Counted from the stretch's first letter, positions 1-12,396 are shown. The stretch: DNA of 64,000 nucleotides from Azolla caroliniana (GCA_043228905.1 JBHGNT010000003.1:9176001-9240000), one strand, 5' to 3'. The notes: generated by a model not told the origin, from the letters alone. Numbers and translations: made by a program.

Positions 1-1106
1 GGTGGGAGTAGAACAACTTGATCTAGAATGGAGCTAGAAGCATGCAATTCCAACAAAGATACATTGAACATTGTATGGAGATGCATACATGGATGGAGGT
101 CAAAGTGAAATGTAATGTATTTGTTTGACTGGAGATTATAAATGGGCCAAGACATTAACCCCATTGATAATCTAGATTGTCACATGGCATGATGACCTTC
201 TCATTTTTTTGCATTATTCAACTAGGTTTAGTTATATTAGTCAACCATGTAACTTAGTAGTTACATAATTAAAATCTACTTAGAAATGTTGACCTTAAAG
301 CCTTAAATAAGATTTTGTACTTAGTGAGGATGCATTCTAGATCCTCCACTACCAAGTTCATTAAATATAGGACTTACATCCTTGTACCTAACGAATGTGC
401 TAATGTGTGGAGGAGTCTTGATATGCGACTATCCCAATATATATGCCAGTGTGTACATGTAAAGGTGCAAGTATGATTCATGTATATGTCTTATGTACAT
501 GTAGATGAGTGTGTATGAATATATATATATATATATAGTTTGGGGAGGTTGGGGTGTATAATAGAATGTGTAAAGGAGAATGACTCAATAGACGGAAATG
601 GGTAGGAACATTGTCAACCCTAGGCTTGGTATTGAGCCTAGGTCAAGTAACAGTCTCGACAATTCTAGGTTTGATGTCAGCATTGCACAATCAAAGAACT
701 GGAAAATGTGTATTGAAAGGGAGGGAGGCCATATCAGAGAAGGATAGAGACAATCAAGAAAATCTTGTGGATGGCAACAACGCGAAATAAGATTCAACAT
801 TACGATTTTCAAAAGGCTAACTTAATTGACCTTTGACACAGAAGTTACAACCATGTAAGATAAGACAAAGGAAAGCATTGAGGTGTGAAGGCATGTAAGA
901 TTATAGAAATGTACACTAGGAAACCATCTTTGTATAGTTAAATTAGAACACCAAGTGCCATTATAGTATCCGAGCAATTGCAAAGGAGTCGAAGAAAACA
1001 ACAATAGCATTCCCACATATTGAGAATCTTCAGTTGACGACAAACTTTATTCACATACCATGACTTTGGCAGTACTTGAAAAAAACTATTTGTTCCCTTT
1101 TTTATT

Positions 1107-1166
1107 TCAGTTTTCCTCAGGTTTCGGAGGTCCTTTGTACTTGAAGTTGTCAGCATATGCTTTCGG
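1107..1166 (-). CDS. NDUFS4: NDUFS4 exon 5
   Basis: Acceptor tggcag|CCG; encodes [19 protein letters not shown] then TGA. Confidence 0.92.
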   Translation of the reverse strand, partial: PKAYADNFKYKGPPKPEEN

Positions 1167-4100
1167 CTGCCACAGGATAGAGCATCAAATCATGGGAAAA
1201 AAATAAATTAAAGGAACTAATAAATCACAGAGAAAGATATCAATAGAATTGCATAATAACAATAGTAACATTCCTTTTTTCTTTATAATGCAACTAAAAC
1301 TACTTTGATAGGTTCAGTTAGCAATTATTTAATAGATCAATAAATCAGCAATCTCCCATCATGTTAGGTATTCATTTTGCATGTGCCCAATGAGACGTTT
1401 TCTTCTCATGAGGAGAGAATATGTTTTGCTAATGAAACATCAAACAAGATATATCTTTCTCAGATTACTCAGTCTCTTAAATGCATGCAATCCATCATGT
1501 TTAGACAGATATTTGGATATCATATTTGAAATGAATAAAAGAGATCGTTGCTAGAAAAATGAAATCAATGTTTCTCAATACTCTTGGTAAACATAAAAAA
1601 GCCAATATATGAACGGAATTTAGCAACTAATAAATATAAATCCTATTACACAACTCATTAATACTTGCACACCTTAATAATAGGCTTGTGCGGTTCCTTC
1701 ACCTGCATAAGAAACATACGAATACTATTAAAAAAATAGAAAAGAAACAAAATAATTACCTCTTAAATCTATTTACCGAAGTGTCCCCAAACATAATTAG
1801 GCTTGAACTGCGAATATAATTGGTGATTACGTTGGAACTAATATAAGTTCTTCAGGTTATTGATTCTTTTGAGCTATTAATCACAATATTTACTTGTGAA
1901 CCAATACAAGTTTTCATATTGGTTATTGATTCGCCGGAGCTATTAATTGCAATATTTACTTGCAAACTAAAATAAAATTTTCATGTAGGTTATTGGTTCT
2001 CCTGAGCTACTAAATAATAATCAACCTGTTAATTACTAACTAATTATGCCTAGATAACAACTGCTGATTAAACCTATACTTCAAATTTTGATAATTTTGA
2101 AAACGAAGGGTATCGGAGAATCGTGACATTACCGAGAACTCCCATCCATGCCTCTGGACAAAATCGATTGCTGCTTCCTTACTATCAAAGACAAGGGTAT
2201 GGTCACCCAAATTTGCATAAGGATCTCCGGTTGATGTCCAACCCATCAAGGGATTTTCCCATCTATAAATCCAGGTACACAACTAACCATATCATGTCAA
2301 CAGAGAAATGGGTTGGATCCAGTTCACAATCTACTATATCATGTCAACTGACAATTGGTATTCAGTTCACAACCAACTATATCACTTCAAAAACTAACAA
2401 TTGCATATCCAGTTGACAACTCACGACATCATGTCAAGAGACAATTGTGTATTATATCTATACAACAAAATCACAAGCTACAAAAGGAAAATTTACCCAC
2501 CAGATATTAAGAAGTATGCTCGTTCGCTTATTTTTGCCAAACATGACCTAATATATATGTGCATTTAGGCTACTTTTCCATCCAAAGAAAAATGTTGGCA
2601 AGATTACTCCGAACCTAATACATATAAAATGCTAAGGACAATGGATCCACAATGTAGGAGAACTAATGGGTGACGAATATAGAGCCTTCAATGGAACCAG
2701 CAAATTTTTAATGAAGTAATTGGTTAAAAAATGTATAAACACACAAACCATACTTCTCTGTAGATATGAAGTTTATTTTCCATTTTCCTGTATTTGCAGA
2801 ACCTTGTTGTGATGCTACTCGAGACGGAGAATAAATAACCACCTACATCAACCGATAAAATATAAAAATTTATGCTCCACTGAACATGGAATAGTTTCTC
2901 CTTGAAAATTCAGCTTTAAAAGAAACAATTATAGTTATACCCATATCATTCTGTACATGAAAAAAATAAACTAATGGGGTCAGGCCATGTTCTCATTGTA
3001 TCTCAGGATGTGAAGAACTACTTTCAATTATGATGATTGACTTCCAAATTTGATAAGGGATTAGAAATTCCAAGAAAAAAAACAACCGCACGCTTGATCC
3101 CACACATTCCGTGTAAAACTATATAATGGGCTGGGTAACGCAACAAACAAAAAGTATTTAGCTCCTAGAGGCCATTATCCAGGCTACGGCCCGCCGCCTT
3201 CGCCAACAGCCACGACCCCCTCCCGAGGGCGAGAGACCCAAAGTCCAAGTATTACAAACAAAACTACATCATTTTCCAAACAAGATTAACCCCATAAAAG
3301 CTCCATCACTTACCATTTAAAAGAGGTGAATAAAGGTCTCATAAAATCGATGCAAAGCTCAATTGAGCCTTTTGAAACTTTCTGACATGTTTAACTTCCA
3401 TGTGGTTGTTAGATAGTCATATGAAGAGAAAGGTATGCCTAAGTTGGATACCTAGATGCAATGCTTAATTGAGCCTTTTGAAACTTCTTGACTTCTGTTG
3501 ACTATTAGATAACCATGTGAAGAGAAAACTACAGCCAAATTAGATACCAGTGATGGAGACATTTGTGAGCATAGGTGGATGAATTCTGTCCATGATGCAA
3601 GCAAATTGTCTCTTATGTTGTTGATGTGATGTGCTGACAATCTTTGGCCAGTCATACATCTATGTCACCACTCTGATGTAGAGTGTCCTTACCTTATCTA
3701 CGGTCATCATGCAGATTGTACTCAGTAGGTAAGAGATAGAAATGGCGGATTAAAAGAGTTTTACTAAGTTTCCAAAACAGGGAAAATGGAATGGGAAATA
3801 TAGAACTTTCTGTATTTGTTTTAGCTTTAGATTAGCACATGCATATATTTAGGCCAAATTTGTCATGTTATTTCATGTAACAATCACACAATTCATAAAA
3901 TGCTACACACTTTCGGGAGTTTGGTAAAACTTGAGTACCTGTGTGGCATTTAACTGTGCTACTTATGTTCCTAATTTTAATACATACAGGAACATATAAT
4001 GCAGCAGCTTATCCCCTTCTCACAGTTAACTTAACCTTGTGAATATACTGGATATGAACTTGCTAATTATTATTTGATTAATGCTCCAATTCTTCTTAAA

Positions 4101-6434
4101 TGAAGGGATAATTAACTGCAAGCTTCTTCAGAAATTAGCCATTGCGAGAATTTGGGAAAATGATTAAAGCCTAATTAAATATAACAAGGTAATTACCATG
4201 AGCTTAGGAATGAACTTCATGTTGATATAAATTGCATTCCTGATAATGTTATCATTGAGTGAGGTCTACTAGATGGATGCCTTCACAAAGATATGATCCC
4301 TCATTGCAGTACATAATGTTGACTGAGGAAGGTGAACTTCTTACATTAAAAGAACTTTTACTTGTATGTATCCTTTTGCAACCAGTATTGCATTGTACTT
4401 GGGTTTTGCATCCACAGACTTCACTTTATACACCCACCTATTATGAATGACAGTCTTACCCTAGGCAATTTGTCCAAGTCCTGTATATCATTTGGATCCA
4501 AAGCTTTTATTTCCTTTTGTATTGCAAGCTCCCACTTACTCTTTTGATTACATGACCTAGCCTCATTTAATGTAAGAGGTTCACCCTTGTAGTCAAAATG
4601 ACCACCTTGCAGACATTGTTTGTTCTAATTGAATCTCTTGACTTGAAGCTTTCCCAAATGGATGTAAAGACTCATCATAAGCAATGAGGAGGCCAAGATA
4701 TTTGCTTTGATGACAATATGTAATGGACTTGGTGCAGGAATGATAGGAGAGAAGAAAGGCATATTTTTTACGATGTGATTTTAGGGAACTTGAAGTCATT
4801 CACATTGGCCAAGTGACACAATTTATCCTAGAATCTCTCAAGAGTGGTACCGTGTGCAAAGGCCTTGAGAAATGTATAAATAGAGTGTTCTTAAACCCCT
4901 ATCACCCACTTTATTTGTCTTATACATAGACTACTTAGAGAATTTATTTCATCATGTGAGTAGCATGAATTGAGCAACGGATCTATGGGGACAATGTGTT
5001 GCTCTGCTTGCAAGATATCAACATTCTTTATTGTTTACTTCAAATTGTTGAGAACTTCCTTAAGAGAGCAGCCTATTTGTGAATGCAGGAAAACCGAATA
5101 CATGATAGTCAAAACCAAGCGACCAGAGGTATACCCATGCCTCCCTTACAAAGGCAAAGCTATGAGTCTATGAGCTCCTTCAAATATTCAGGCATCAACA
5201 TCCCAAACAATCATAGTTGGAGAACATGCATAGAGTGTCATTTAGAGACATCTGCACATACTACCACGTTATCAAATCAAAATGCAAGTGCAATAACCTT
5301 CAGAGATGACAATAAAAGAGCAGGCATTTCAATGCTTTGTTTATTCAAGTCTTGCTGTTTGGAGTGGAGATTTGAGAACAGATAACCACTCAACAAGAAG
5401 ATACAAAAACATGTTCTTAGGCTGCCATCTTGCTCTTCGAAACAAGGTGAGAAACATCAAACTCGAATATCCAATTAGGATCTACAATTTTTGGCTAAAA
5501 TAAAGGGCATGGAGGCACATTCCCTGCCAGAATAGGATGCTAGCAGCAAAATTCAGAAAACGACTAAAACCCTAATCCTCCTCCTAGTTGTTAACATCAC
5601 ACATGTAAATGATTCAAGACATGGAGTGTGGCAACTCTACTCGAGCTACCCAAAGATAATGTGCATGGTATTGACAAACATCAAAACATGAATTATAAAT
5701 GCACTCACAGAAAAGTGGGAGAAGGGTGCCAAAGAAATAGCAACTTGCAATACTATTACATTCACATAAACCCAACATTCTGGGACACCTACAAGGAAGT
5801 GAGAGGATGTGCATGACCTTATCTTCTCACTTCCATGTCGTTTGACTCGAGAAAAACAGTCATCCTCCTCCGCCCACACCCATAGTCATGAGTCATGACC
5901 TTGAAATCAATAATATATCATGGAAAAGGACTACCCACTGGAGAAAACTGCATCTTCACACTCTACCCTAGTCAGGAAATCAAGTAAGAGGAGTTCTCAC
6001 ACTACAATGTGAATATTTTTTATGGTATTGATTATCATAATTCTTCACACAATCAATTACTGCATGCATCAACATTGCACAATTTCTCCAAGTGGCAAAC
6101 ATACATCAAGACCTGCCTCTTAGCCACAATATGTACCCTCTACTTATGAATAGGTGACATCTTAAGAATAATATATGGCCCATATGTGGATACACCTTTT
6201 GCCGCATCAGCAGAAAGAAGACTGAATCTCTCTTTCTTTCTCTCTCTCTCTCTCTCTCTGTCAAAGAGAAAGACGAAAAAGACATACCTGACGCTTGAGA
6301 TGCTTCTCTGGGATGCCTGAGACCTCGCCAATCTCACCGGGTTTTACAGTCCATGAAGCATCAGATGAGAGAAATCGTAGACTAAGAGGAGGAGTGACGG
6401 GCGATCTCCACCAACGCATCACGAGTCGAATCAT
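1107..6434 (-). CDS. NDUFS4: NADH dehydrogenase [ubiquinone] Fe-S protein 4, mitochondrial (complex I 18 kDa subunit); join of exons 6434-6288, 2842-2754, 2262-2133, 1702-1673, 1166-1107
   Basis: All four introns are GT..AG and phases are consistent. The spliced product (151 aa) reads [10 protein letters not shown]...[20 protein letters not shown]|[30 protein letters not shown]|[17 protein letters not shown]...[19 protein letters not shown]|[10 protein letters not shown]|[33 protein letters not shown] and YADNF are hallmark NDUFS4 motifs. Confidence 0.95.
1673..1702 (-). CDS. NDUFS4: NDUFS4 exon 4 (30-nt micro-exon)
   Basis: Acceptor atgcag|GTG; encodes [10 protein letters not shown]; donor AAG|GTGTGC is weak but keeps the frame. 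Confidence 0.85.
2133..2262 (-). CDS. NDUFS4: NDUFS4 exon 3
   Basis: Acceptor ttatag|A; donor TCG|GTAATG; encodes [17 protein letters not shown]. Confidence 0.95.
2754..2842 (-). CDS. NDUFS4: NDUFS4 exon 2
   Basis: Acceptor tgtag|GTG; donor AA|GTATGG; encodes [25 protein letters not shown]. Confidence 0.93.
4259..4600. mobile_element. Two degenerate Ty1/copia fragments (INT-RT linker and RT start) in opposite orientations, in NDUFS4 intron 1
   Basis: Plus strand [23 protein letters not shown]; minus strand GEPLTLNEA...[13 protein letters not shown]...DL.KLP. Confidence 0.6.
5030..6030 (+). mobile_element. Degenerate LINE ORF2 3' fragment in NDUFS4 intron 1
   Basis: Broken-frame motifs [15 protein letters not shown] (FKYLG box) and SHDLEI...W...L.C near 5890-6015, typical of LINE RT C-termini. 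Confidence 0.55.
6225..6259. repeat. (TC)n/(GA)n microsatellite at the start of intron 1
   Basis: Seen directly. Confidence 0.85.
6288..6434 (-). CDS. NDUFS4: NDUFS4 exon 1 (Arg/Ser-rich mitochondrial presequence plus [11 protein letters not shown])
   Basis: gcaATG at 6434 (alternative ATG at 6419); donor CAG|GTATGT at 6288/6287. Confidence 0.88.
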
Positions 6435-6451
6435 TGCGAAACTCAGGAGCA

Positions 6452-6486
6452 GTTCTTCTTCTTCTTCTTCTTCTTCTTCTTCTTCT
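6452..6486. repeat. (GAA)n microsatellite in the probable NDUFS4 5' UTR
   Basis: About 11 TTC units on the plus strand just upstream of the ATG. Confidence 0.9.
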
Positions 6487-6516
6487 GCGATCTCTGCATG
6501 TATGGCATCCATCATC

Positions 6517-6613
6517 ATTCGTGTATATTCGTATACATGTATATGCATAGATTCATACATTCGTGTATATTCGTATACATGTATATGCATAGATTCACAC
6601 ATTCGTGTATATT
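6517..6613. repeat. 42-bp tandem repeat (about 2.3 copies) in the NDUFS4 proximal promoter/5' UTR
   Basis: cattcgtgtatattcgtatacatgtatatgcatagattcata repeated. Confidence 0.85.
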
Positions 6614-6849
6614 CTCAATATCCGAGAATACGAAATAAAACCATTCGATTTGCAAAATAAATATAAAACAAATTAATTAATTCATTTAAAAAAAAACCAT
6701 TAATTCGTTAAAAAAGAAGAAGCAATTAATTCATTTAATAAAACAAAATCAATTGATTTGTTTTTAAAAAAATAAAGTAAAAAAATAAATAAATTCGCTA
6801 AAAAACAGAACAATCATTCATTAATAAATTATATAAATATGATTAGTAT

Positions 6850-6990
6850 TGTTAAGTAGTGAGACAGGAATGGGTCTAGTTAGTTAGGCGTAGCGCAAAG
6901 AAGTGAAAGTTGTAACTAACATGACTATAAATAGAAACAAAGGATGTCCAATGAGGGACCCTTTTTGGAGCCTATTTGGTGTATGTCACA
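6850..6990 (+). repeat. 5' LTR of element A
   Basis: TG...CA ends, TATAAATA at about 6926, direct repeat of 35094-35223. Confidence 0.88.
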
Positions 6991-7147
6991 TTGGTGGAGA
7001 TAACGGGCTCTTGCCACGATGTCTAAAGGTGTAGAGTACTCCAGCTGACCTCTTGATGAAGCACAACAAGTTGACAACCGACTCTTCTCATTAGCGGCCA
7101 ATAATCGCCGTCGGGTCACCATCCACAACACAAAGATTTCATACACA

Positions 7148-8119
7148 ATGCAGCAACCACAAGGGGATAGCACGGTCAGCATGCAACCTGAATTCATAGA
7201 ACACACACAGGTTAACCCCGCCATGGAGCAGATGTTTCAAGCGATGTCAACAATGATGATGCAAGTGAATCATACAAACCAAACACTTATGACATGGCTT
7301 ACAAATCAATCCGATGGGGTAACGACCAAAAAACAGAAAGATTCAAGAATTTGCCCAAGATCCTTCTTGGGTCTTCCAATCGAAGATGTTCTAGCATGGT
7401 TGGATCATTTCGACAACGTGGTGAGTTATCATGAATGGCACGACGAAAGAAAGGCGTTAGAATTGCGAACGGTGCTACAACATGTTGCCGCCACATGGTT
7501 CATTCAACAACCCGAGGAAATCAACAAAATTGGACCTACTTACGTGAGCAACTCATACAACACTTCGCAAACAACGACGTCACACAAACAACTCTCCAAC
7601 AATTAAACAATTTACGTCAACAGGCACATGAACCGGTGGCACAATTCGCCGTCAAAATGAAACTTGTTGCTGCGTGTCAACCCCAATATGAAGGAGACCA
7701 TGAAGCTCTATTTTCTACTACCATGACTACGCCATGACATATACTGTAGTGTCAGAGACCAAGGCCCAACGACATTCCAAATGGCCGTGCAAATCGCACA
7801 ACGAATTGAGGCACCGGATTACATCGACCCATCACAGTCGACACCACCTACAAATAACAATATTCTAAAGACAACGATGGAGCCGACCGCTGGCTCGATG
7901 GATATAGACATCCAAAATGTACAATTCAACGCCAAAAAGAGCTTACCAGATAGAGACAATCATGGTAAGTCCCGTTGTTTCTATTGTAATGGGTATGACC
8001 ATGTTAAAAAGTATTGCAGGAAGTTTGCAGCCTCTAGACATCATCAAAATGTACAAATCCAATTGGCCGACGCTACATCACTCGCCATGGAACAGGGAAA
8101 CAACCAAGCGAGATGTTGA
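7148..8119 (+). pseudogene. Element A gag (frameshifted)
   Basis: WLDHFD...W, LRQ..HEPVAQF and zinc knuckle CFYCNGYDHVKKYC. Confidence 0.85.
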
Positions 8120-9211
8120 TGGAAGAGCAGCTCCCGCACATTCAAGCCGCAACCTCTTCCGGATGTATGGTCTGTTCCACAATAGCACAAATAGATAACA
8201 AATAACATGAAGCCCTTTTAGATTCAGGAAGCACCATATCTTCAATTAATATAGATTTAGTAGAGTCATTGAATTTACCTACTTCACCCGCAACGCCAAT
8301 CCAGGTCATCTTTGGCGATAAACAAAAGATATACCAATAAGATAGACAAGCACATTGTACATTCACCATTGCCCAACACACCTTTCTTCATTCCTTCTAC
8401 GTCTTATCGCACCAACTATTTCCAATGACGTTAGGTTGCGATTGGTTTATAAAGAATGGCGCACAACTGCACTTTGATACACAAACATTAGTTTTACCTA
8501 ATACAAAACATTAGCCACAATTCCATTACTTAACACTCCACAATTTAACACACACATCTTGCACACCCAAATTCACCTAGAACCACCACAAGTACGGCTA
8601 GCCACAATCCGTAGGATCCTTCAACGGTTCCCCGACCTATTTCACAAGCCTACAAAGACAACCAAGATCAATCTTTTGGTGCAACATTCTATTCCCACAA
8701 CCGATTCAAGACCAGTTCGAACCACACCCCGATGACGCTCACCGTTAGATAACCATCAAATCAATCAAGCCGTGCAAGACATGCTAAAGAAAGACATCAT
8801 CGAGTCATCAAGTAGTGATTGGATTTCCGAGCCGCATCTCGTCCGTAAGGACGATGGTACATTCTGTTTTTGCATCGATTTCAGACCCTTGAACAAGATC
8901 ACGAAGCATGATCTCTACCCATTGCCGTGCATCGACGACTTATTAGATCAAGTCGGGAAGTCAAGATATTTCGCGTCACTGGACCTTGCATCAGGGTACT
9001 AGCAGATCCCATTAGACCTTGCCGACAAACACAAAACAACTTTTCACACACAACATGGTTTATTCCAATTTAAAAGAATGTCATTCGGTCTATCCGATGC
9101 GGGAAGCACGTTCCAAAGAATGGCAAATATGGTATTTCAAGATCTCATCAATGAGGGTGTGTGCTAGTGTACCTCGATGATATCTTGATCCATATTCTTG
9201 ATTGGCGACAG
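8095..9211 (+). pseudogene. Element A pol, part 1 (protease and RT up to YLDD)
   Basis: ALLDSGST; FCIDFRPLNKITKHDLYPLP; LDLASGY; YLDDILIH. Confidence 0.9.
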
Positions 9212-9626
9212 TGTTGTCACCGAACTGGACAAGCCGCTAACACATGGTGTCCCTTTAGAACACTTCACCAAAGGGGTGGTACGGTAAGGAATGTGCAGAC
9301 CGTAATACAGGACCGATCCTTCCTGGTCACTATCCGGAATGATTAACTTGATACACGCGTAGGATAATCACATTAAGCACAGAACGGTATTAACAAGATA
9401 CACAATACGTAAAGACACAACATCTCTCTATTAATTATCCATCATCAATTACATCATCTCCGGATCCTTTTATAGGTATCTGGTTGTGCTACAAACCGGT
9501 GCCAACCGGCAACCAACTACGAACCGATCTTATAATTATCATAACGATCTTATAATTACCATAATTTATCTAATTACAACTCCCAAAACCGACTCCCCTT
9601 TCATACTCTGGCCTAACCAGTCAACA
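9212..9626 (-). repeat. 3' LTR of element B
   Basis: Direct repeat of 32222-32670 with TG..CA ends. Confidence 0.88.
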
Positions 9627-9679
9627 CATGGCATGCCCGTGGGATAGTACATTGTACGTCGAACCCACGGTTAGCCCCT

Positions 9680-10371
9680 TCATTCATCCTCCAAAATGTC
9701 CAGAATGCTCTGGTCCAGGGGCTCCAACGGTTCATCGGGTAGTTGCTCTATCGACTGTTGTTGTTGCTCCTCCGATTGTAGTAGTAGTTGTTGTTGTTGG
9801 TTTTCGACCTGCTCTCCGGCCTACTCTTCCTCTCCGGCTTTATTGGTCCCGACACTTCTGGCTTTGGCTCCTCCTGATGCTGCACTGGGGCTTTGTCTGC
9901 CTCCTTCGGTCTAACTTCTTCTGCCTGTTCCACTCGGGCTTCGTTTGGCTGGCCTCCTCCGGTCTCGGCTACATTCGGTGGCTGCTCTGGAGATTGCTCT
10001 CCATCACTGATGTTAATTACTGCCGACATTTGCGATGCTATCTGTTGTCTTCGCTCTTGTTCGTATCGCTCGAGCTGGAGTTAAGTGCCAAGCTGGTCAT
10101 CATCTAGCTGTTCTACCAGCTACCTTACTGCCGCCAATTGTTCCGCTGCCAGGGACAAGAAGTCATCCGACAACTCCTCTCGGATGGTTACAATACTCTC
10201 CGCATCCATCTTGTAGAAGTTGCCACCGTCCTTTCTCTGGTTTTCCGCATCCGCTCACAACGTTTGTAATTCTGCCGCTTGTTGTGCCCATTTTGACCAC
10301 CATTGCAATGAGCTTTCACAATCATACTCTTTGTTCGTTCTTTCCATGCCAACACAATGGTGCGGATCCGT
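9680..10371 (-). pseudogene. Element B extra ORF, C-terminal part (coiled-coil then acidic tail)
   Basis: IRTIVLAWKER, QWWSKWAQQAAEL and AVINISDGE match the H ORF at 60580-61340. Confidence 0.8.
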
Positions 10372-12351
10372 TGTCGTGATGTGACGTGCTCGAGAGTAGG
10401 AAAAACCGGCGAAAGGGGGGTCAAAATGTGCATGTGCAATGTGTGTGCACACAAAGGCGATTAATTGTGCATATGCAAAATAAAAAGGAAAAGAAAGGGT
10501 GGAAAGGAGCATAGAAGCCCGTGCAAAAAGTAAGAGAGAAGAGAGATAAAATGTAGAGGAGAGACAAGCAAATAATTTATAGATATAGAATTATATATTG
10601 TATAGGAGAGAGTTAGTGGGCTAGTGGATAGTCACATTGACTACTAGCTATCGAATCTAGTCTTACAATGCAGCGTGATTTAAGGAATTTTATTCCTTTT
10701 TCATTGAAGACAAAATTGGCCACCCCCCTTTCTTTTTTCCTATAAAAGGAGGTCGAGGGGGGCTCATTCGAGAGGACGTTTTGGGAGGAGGAGACTATCG
10801 CCAATTTTCCTTCGAAGCTCTTCATCTTCTTATTCACCACTTCTCTTCATCTCATACCCCTTCATCCCCCCCATCGTCACGTGCTCGTCTTTTTCGTGTC
10901 GGCTCTCGAAGTGCTCGTGAGCCCAAGCTTTGTTGGTTCGACGTTGCTCCGCCTCATTCGTCGTTGCGAGCCCGTGTGCTCGCCGTTCGGGAGGTCGTGG
11001 TTCGTTGGGATTGGCATTTTGGTGGTGCTCGTGGGTTCATCTTCGCCGTGTTCGGATTTGCTTTTGTCTCTAAGGGCATTTAATATTTATGCTTTGATTG
11101 AGCTTGTGGTTAACTATAAGTTGCCATTGTAAACAAAACCCTATTTTATAAAGGGTCGTCTTGCGTTGGAATCGAACACGTATTTATCTCTTTGGTTGAT
11201 ATCATTCGTGTTTCTTTCTCTCCTTCTTTCTTTATTCGTGTCTTCCTTGTACATTTGGCCGTCTTGTGACGAGGGAGCGTTTCAGGCGTGCCCATGCACC
11301 TCTCCTTCTCATAAAGACGTACGAGCATTTGTGCGTGTGTTTGTGTCTTCCATGTATGTTCGACGGTCTTGTGACGAGGGGACCGTTCGGGCTTGCCCAT
11401 GCACCTCTCCTCCTCATAAAGGCGTACGAGCATTTGTCCGTGTGTTTGTGTCTTCCGTGTACATTCGACGGTCTTGTGACGAGGGGACCGTTCGGGCTTG
11501 CCCATGCACCTCTCCTCCTCATAAAGGCGTACGAGCATTTGTGCGTGTGTTTGTGTCTTCCGTGTACGTTCGGTCGTCTTGTGACGAGGGGACCATTCGG
11601 GCTTGCCCATGCACCTCTCCTCCTCATAAAGGCGTACGAGCATTTGTGCGTGTGTTTGTGTCTTCCTTGTACGTTCGGCCGTCTTGTGATGAGGGGGACC
11701 GTTCGGGCTTGCCCATGCACCTCTCCTCCTCATAAAGGCGTACGAGCATTTGTGTGTGTGTTTGTGTCTTCCTTGTACGTTCGGCCGTCTTGTGACGAGG
11801 GACCGTTTCGGGCGTGCCCATGCACCTCTCCTCCTCATAAAGACGTACGAGCATTTGTGTGTGTGTTTGTGTCTTCCTTGTACATTTGGCCGTCTTGTGA
11901 CGAGGGACCGTTTCGGGCTTGCCCATGCACCTCTCCTCCTCATAAAGGCGTACGAGCATTTTGTGCGTGTGTTTGTGTCTTCCTTGTACGTTCGGTCGTC
12001 TCGTGCCGAGGGAGCGTTCGGGCTTGCCCATGTACCTCTCCTCCTCATAAAGACGTATGGACATTCGTGTTTGTGTTATCGTCCCCTTGTGCGTTCATGT
12101 TGCGTGCTCATCTTGCTTGTACCCGTTTGGTCACTTGGCTCGTGTGGTGATCTCAAAAGGTCGACGAGTCGTGATCAACGAGAGCCACCAGCCTCACAAA
12201 ACAAAGGGCAACGAGACCTTGCTCGGGAAGGGGTCGGGAAGTAGTATTGTTGTAAAGCAAACCTCGGCTCTTCTCTATCCCTTGAGTACTCCCTAGTCCA
12301 AGACCCCCGTGGTCCTGCCCAAGTATCACATGTGCGCGAAACTTCGCGACA
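10372..12351 (+). repeat. 5' LTR of element C
   Basis: Direct repeat of 28851-30728; TATA (cctataaaag) at about 10740. Confidence 0.92.
11238..12075 (+). repeat. About 105-bp tandem array (8 units) within the 5' LTR of C
   Basis: Unit gtgtcttccttgtacgttcggccgtcttgtgacgagggg...cataaaggcgtacgagcatttgtg starts at about 11238, 11343, 11448, 11553, 11658, 11764, 11869, 11975. Confidence 0.95.
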
Positions 12352-12396
12352 TAAATTGGTGAACCCGACGAGAAAGGGCGGCAAGGGAGAACCAAG

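Noticed and set aside
1-600. Possible solo LTR downstream of NDUFS4
   Set aside because: The composition is LTR-like with a (TA)n tract, but no partner, TSD or PBS could be identified.
6435-6602. N-terminal poly-Glu extension of NDUFS4 in the ORF track
   Set aside because: It translates the (GAA)n microsatellite and the 42-bp repeat; an acidic extension is incompatible with a mitochondrial presequence.
11146-12244. Long overlapping ORFs on both strands (also 29605-30576)
   Set aside because: By-products of a 105-bp (multiple of three) tandem array inside LTRs.
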